64,000 nt of DNA from Candidatus Marinacidobacterales bacterium (lineage in GTDB: Bacteria > Acidobacteriota > Vicinamibacteria > Marinacidobacterales > SMYC01). Every line of letters begins with the position of its first letter. Position 1 is the stretch's first letter. The position numbers and the translations under genes are program-made. The notes beneath the pieces were generated by a model, which saw only the letters and a list, made by a program, of their open reading frames with translations, had not been told where the DNA came from and did not search any database. This document shows, in pieces, positions 62,506 to 64,000 of the stretch. The stretch covers positions 1,408,001 to 1,472,000 of the forward strand of contig OZ250169.1 of NCBI GenBank assembly GCA_965237955.1, given 5' to 3'.

Positions 62506-63774
62506 ATGCTCGATGATAGAATTCCTCTCTTGGATACTGCGGCATCGGGAGGCTACCTTGCACTCGTTCGAGGCAACAGAAACTTCCGTAATCTCTGGTG
62601 CGGACAGATCGTCAGCCTCTTCGGCGACTGGTTCAACCTAATCGCGTCTGCTTCCCTCGTCGCATCCCTCACCGGTTCGAGCATCGCCGTTGGTGGTCTC
62701 TTCGTCGTCCGGATGCTCGCGCCGTTTCTCGTCAGCCCGTTCGCCGGTGTCGCCGCCGATCGCTACAACCGCAAGCACCTTCTCATCCTCACCGACGTCG
62801 TTCGAGCGGTCGTCGTCCTCGGATTTCTTCTCGTCGATTCTCCCGAGCTGCTCTGGCTCGTGTACGCGTTGACGTTCGTGCAGCTCGCGATGCATGGCGT
62901 GTTCTACCCGACGCGAAATTCGATCCTGCCGGACGTCGTTTCTCCCCCGGAGCTCGGCGCCGCCAACGCGATTACCGGCACCACGTGGTCGGTGATGCTC
63001 GCCATGGGCGCGGCAGCGGGCGGTCTCGTTGCTGGCGGCTGGGGCATCTACCCGGCGTTCGTCATCGACTCGGCGACTTTCCTCGTGTCGATCGTCTTCA
63101 TCGCCAGGATCCAGTACCGCCCGCGGCGGCAAGTTGCGCGCGACACGAGCCTGCGAGCTGCTTTGAGCGACTACTTGGACGGACTTCGTTATCTCGGGCG
63201 CCACCGCGACATCCTCGTGATCGTGCTCCAAAAAGCTGCGCTGACGTTGTTCGTCGTCGGCGCCTTCGAAGTGCTCCAGGTCGCGATCGCCCGAGACGTG
63301 TTCGTGATCGGCGATGGGGGCGGGATAAGCCTTGGGATGATGTACGCGGTGATCGGCGTCGGCTCCGGACTCGGCCCGATCCTTGCGCGCTCTATCACCG
63401 GCGATCGCGAACGCCCCCTGCGGATTGCGATCTTCGTCTCCTACATCGTAATGGCCATCGGACTCACCATCGTTGCAACCCTCGACAGTTTCGGGGCCGT
63501 GCTCATCGGCACGACCATCCGGTCCATTGGCGGGGGCACGCTCTGGGTTTTCTCGACGCAGCTTCTCCTCCAACTCGTGCCCGAGCACATCCGCGGACGC
63601 GTGTTTTCGACGGAGTACGCGCTTCTAACCCTCTCGATGGCAACGAGCGCCGGCCTCGCCGGTTGGTCGCTGGACCAAACCGCGCTCGATATCTCGGGAC
63701 TCCTGACGTGGATGAGCTGGGCGATCTTGGTGCCAGGAGCGCTGTGGGCTCTTTGGATGCTTTTGCGGCGTTAG
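62506..63774 (+). CDS. MFS transporter
   Basis: NFR.LW.GQ.VS..GDW, G..ADRY.RK, RGRVFS; about 12 TMs. Confidence 0.9.
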   Translation: MLDDRIPLLDTAASGGYLALVRGNRNFRNLWCGQIVSLFGDWFNLIASASLVASLTGSSIAVGGLFVVRMLAPFLVSPFAGVAADRYNRKHLLILTDVVRAVVVLGFLLVDSPELLWLVYALTFVQLAMHGVFYPTRNSILPDVVSPPELGAANAITGTTWSVMLAMGAAAGGLVAGGWGIYPAFVIDSATFLVSIVFIARIQYRPRRQVARDTSLRAALSDYLDGLRYLGRHRDILVIVLQKAALTLFVVGAFEVLQVAIARDVFVIGDGGGISLGMMYAVIGVGSGLGPILARSITGDRERPLRIAIFVSYIVMAIGLTIVATLDSFGAVLIGTTIRSIGGGTLWVFSTQLLLQLVPEHIRGRVFSTEYALLTLSMATSAGLAGWSLDQTALDISGLLTWMSWAILVPGALWALWMLLRR

Positions 63775-63785
63775 GTCGGGATTCG

Positions 63786-63950
63786 GGTATACTCAATTCC
63801 GACCGCGAGCCGGGTAGCTGGCTGACGTACTCGGGCAACTACGCCGGATGGCGCTACTCCCCCCTCACCCAGATCACGCGCGACAACGCCGACCGGCTCC
63901 GGCTCCAGTGGGTACATCAAATGCGGCACCACCAGATCGAGACGACCGCC
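63786..63950 (+). pseudogene. PQQ-dependent dehydrogenase N-terminal fragment
   Basis: WLTYSGNY.GWRYSPL.QI...N...L...W...IETT. Confidence 0.7.
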
Positions 63951-64000
63951 CACTTTTTTTGTTGGCTGATAGCTGATGGCCGATGGCGTAGCGAAGAGGC

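Overview
GC-rich bacterial chromosome segment, probably Acidobacteriota (inferred from gene content, not verified). The housekeeping backbone includes pyrF, pal, pdxT/pdxS/pdxR, a 2-oxoacid:ferredoxin oxidoreductase pair, pyrE, hemB, a TRAP transporter, an ALDH7-type dehydrogenase, thiI, typA and cspA. Two accessory islands are each bracketed by a direct duplication of part of a host gene. Island 1 (~2.2-15.1 kb) lies between two copies of the pdxT 3' half. It hides a three-gene NTP-dependent ternary conflict-type operon (DUF4062-iSTAND / MoxR AAA+ / vWA) that can be read only after removing two IS630 elements and two MITEs. The reconstituted vWA protein carries an extracytoplasmic PASTA-Ig-carboxypeptidase-like-OmpA tail that is closely related to the neighbouring Pal. 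Island 2 (~42.7-46.2 kb) lies between two copies of a glycosyltransferase 5' end and carries a CADD-family gene. Both islands contain an IS91-transposase fragment at the duplication junction and a copy of the same rve-type IS. The window also has IS630-derived MITEs, many orphan gene fragments and 6-7-bp tandem repeats. No rRNA, tRNA or CRISPR array was recognised. Some single-base frameshifts may be sequencing errors.
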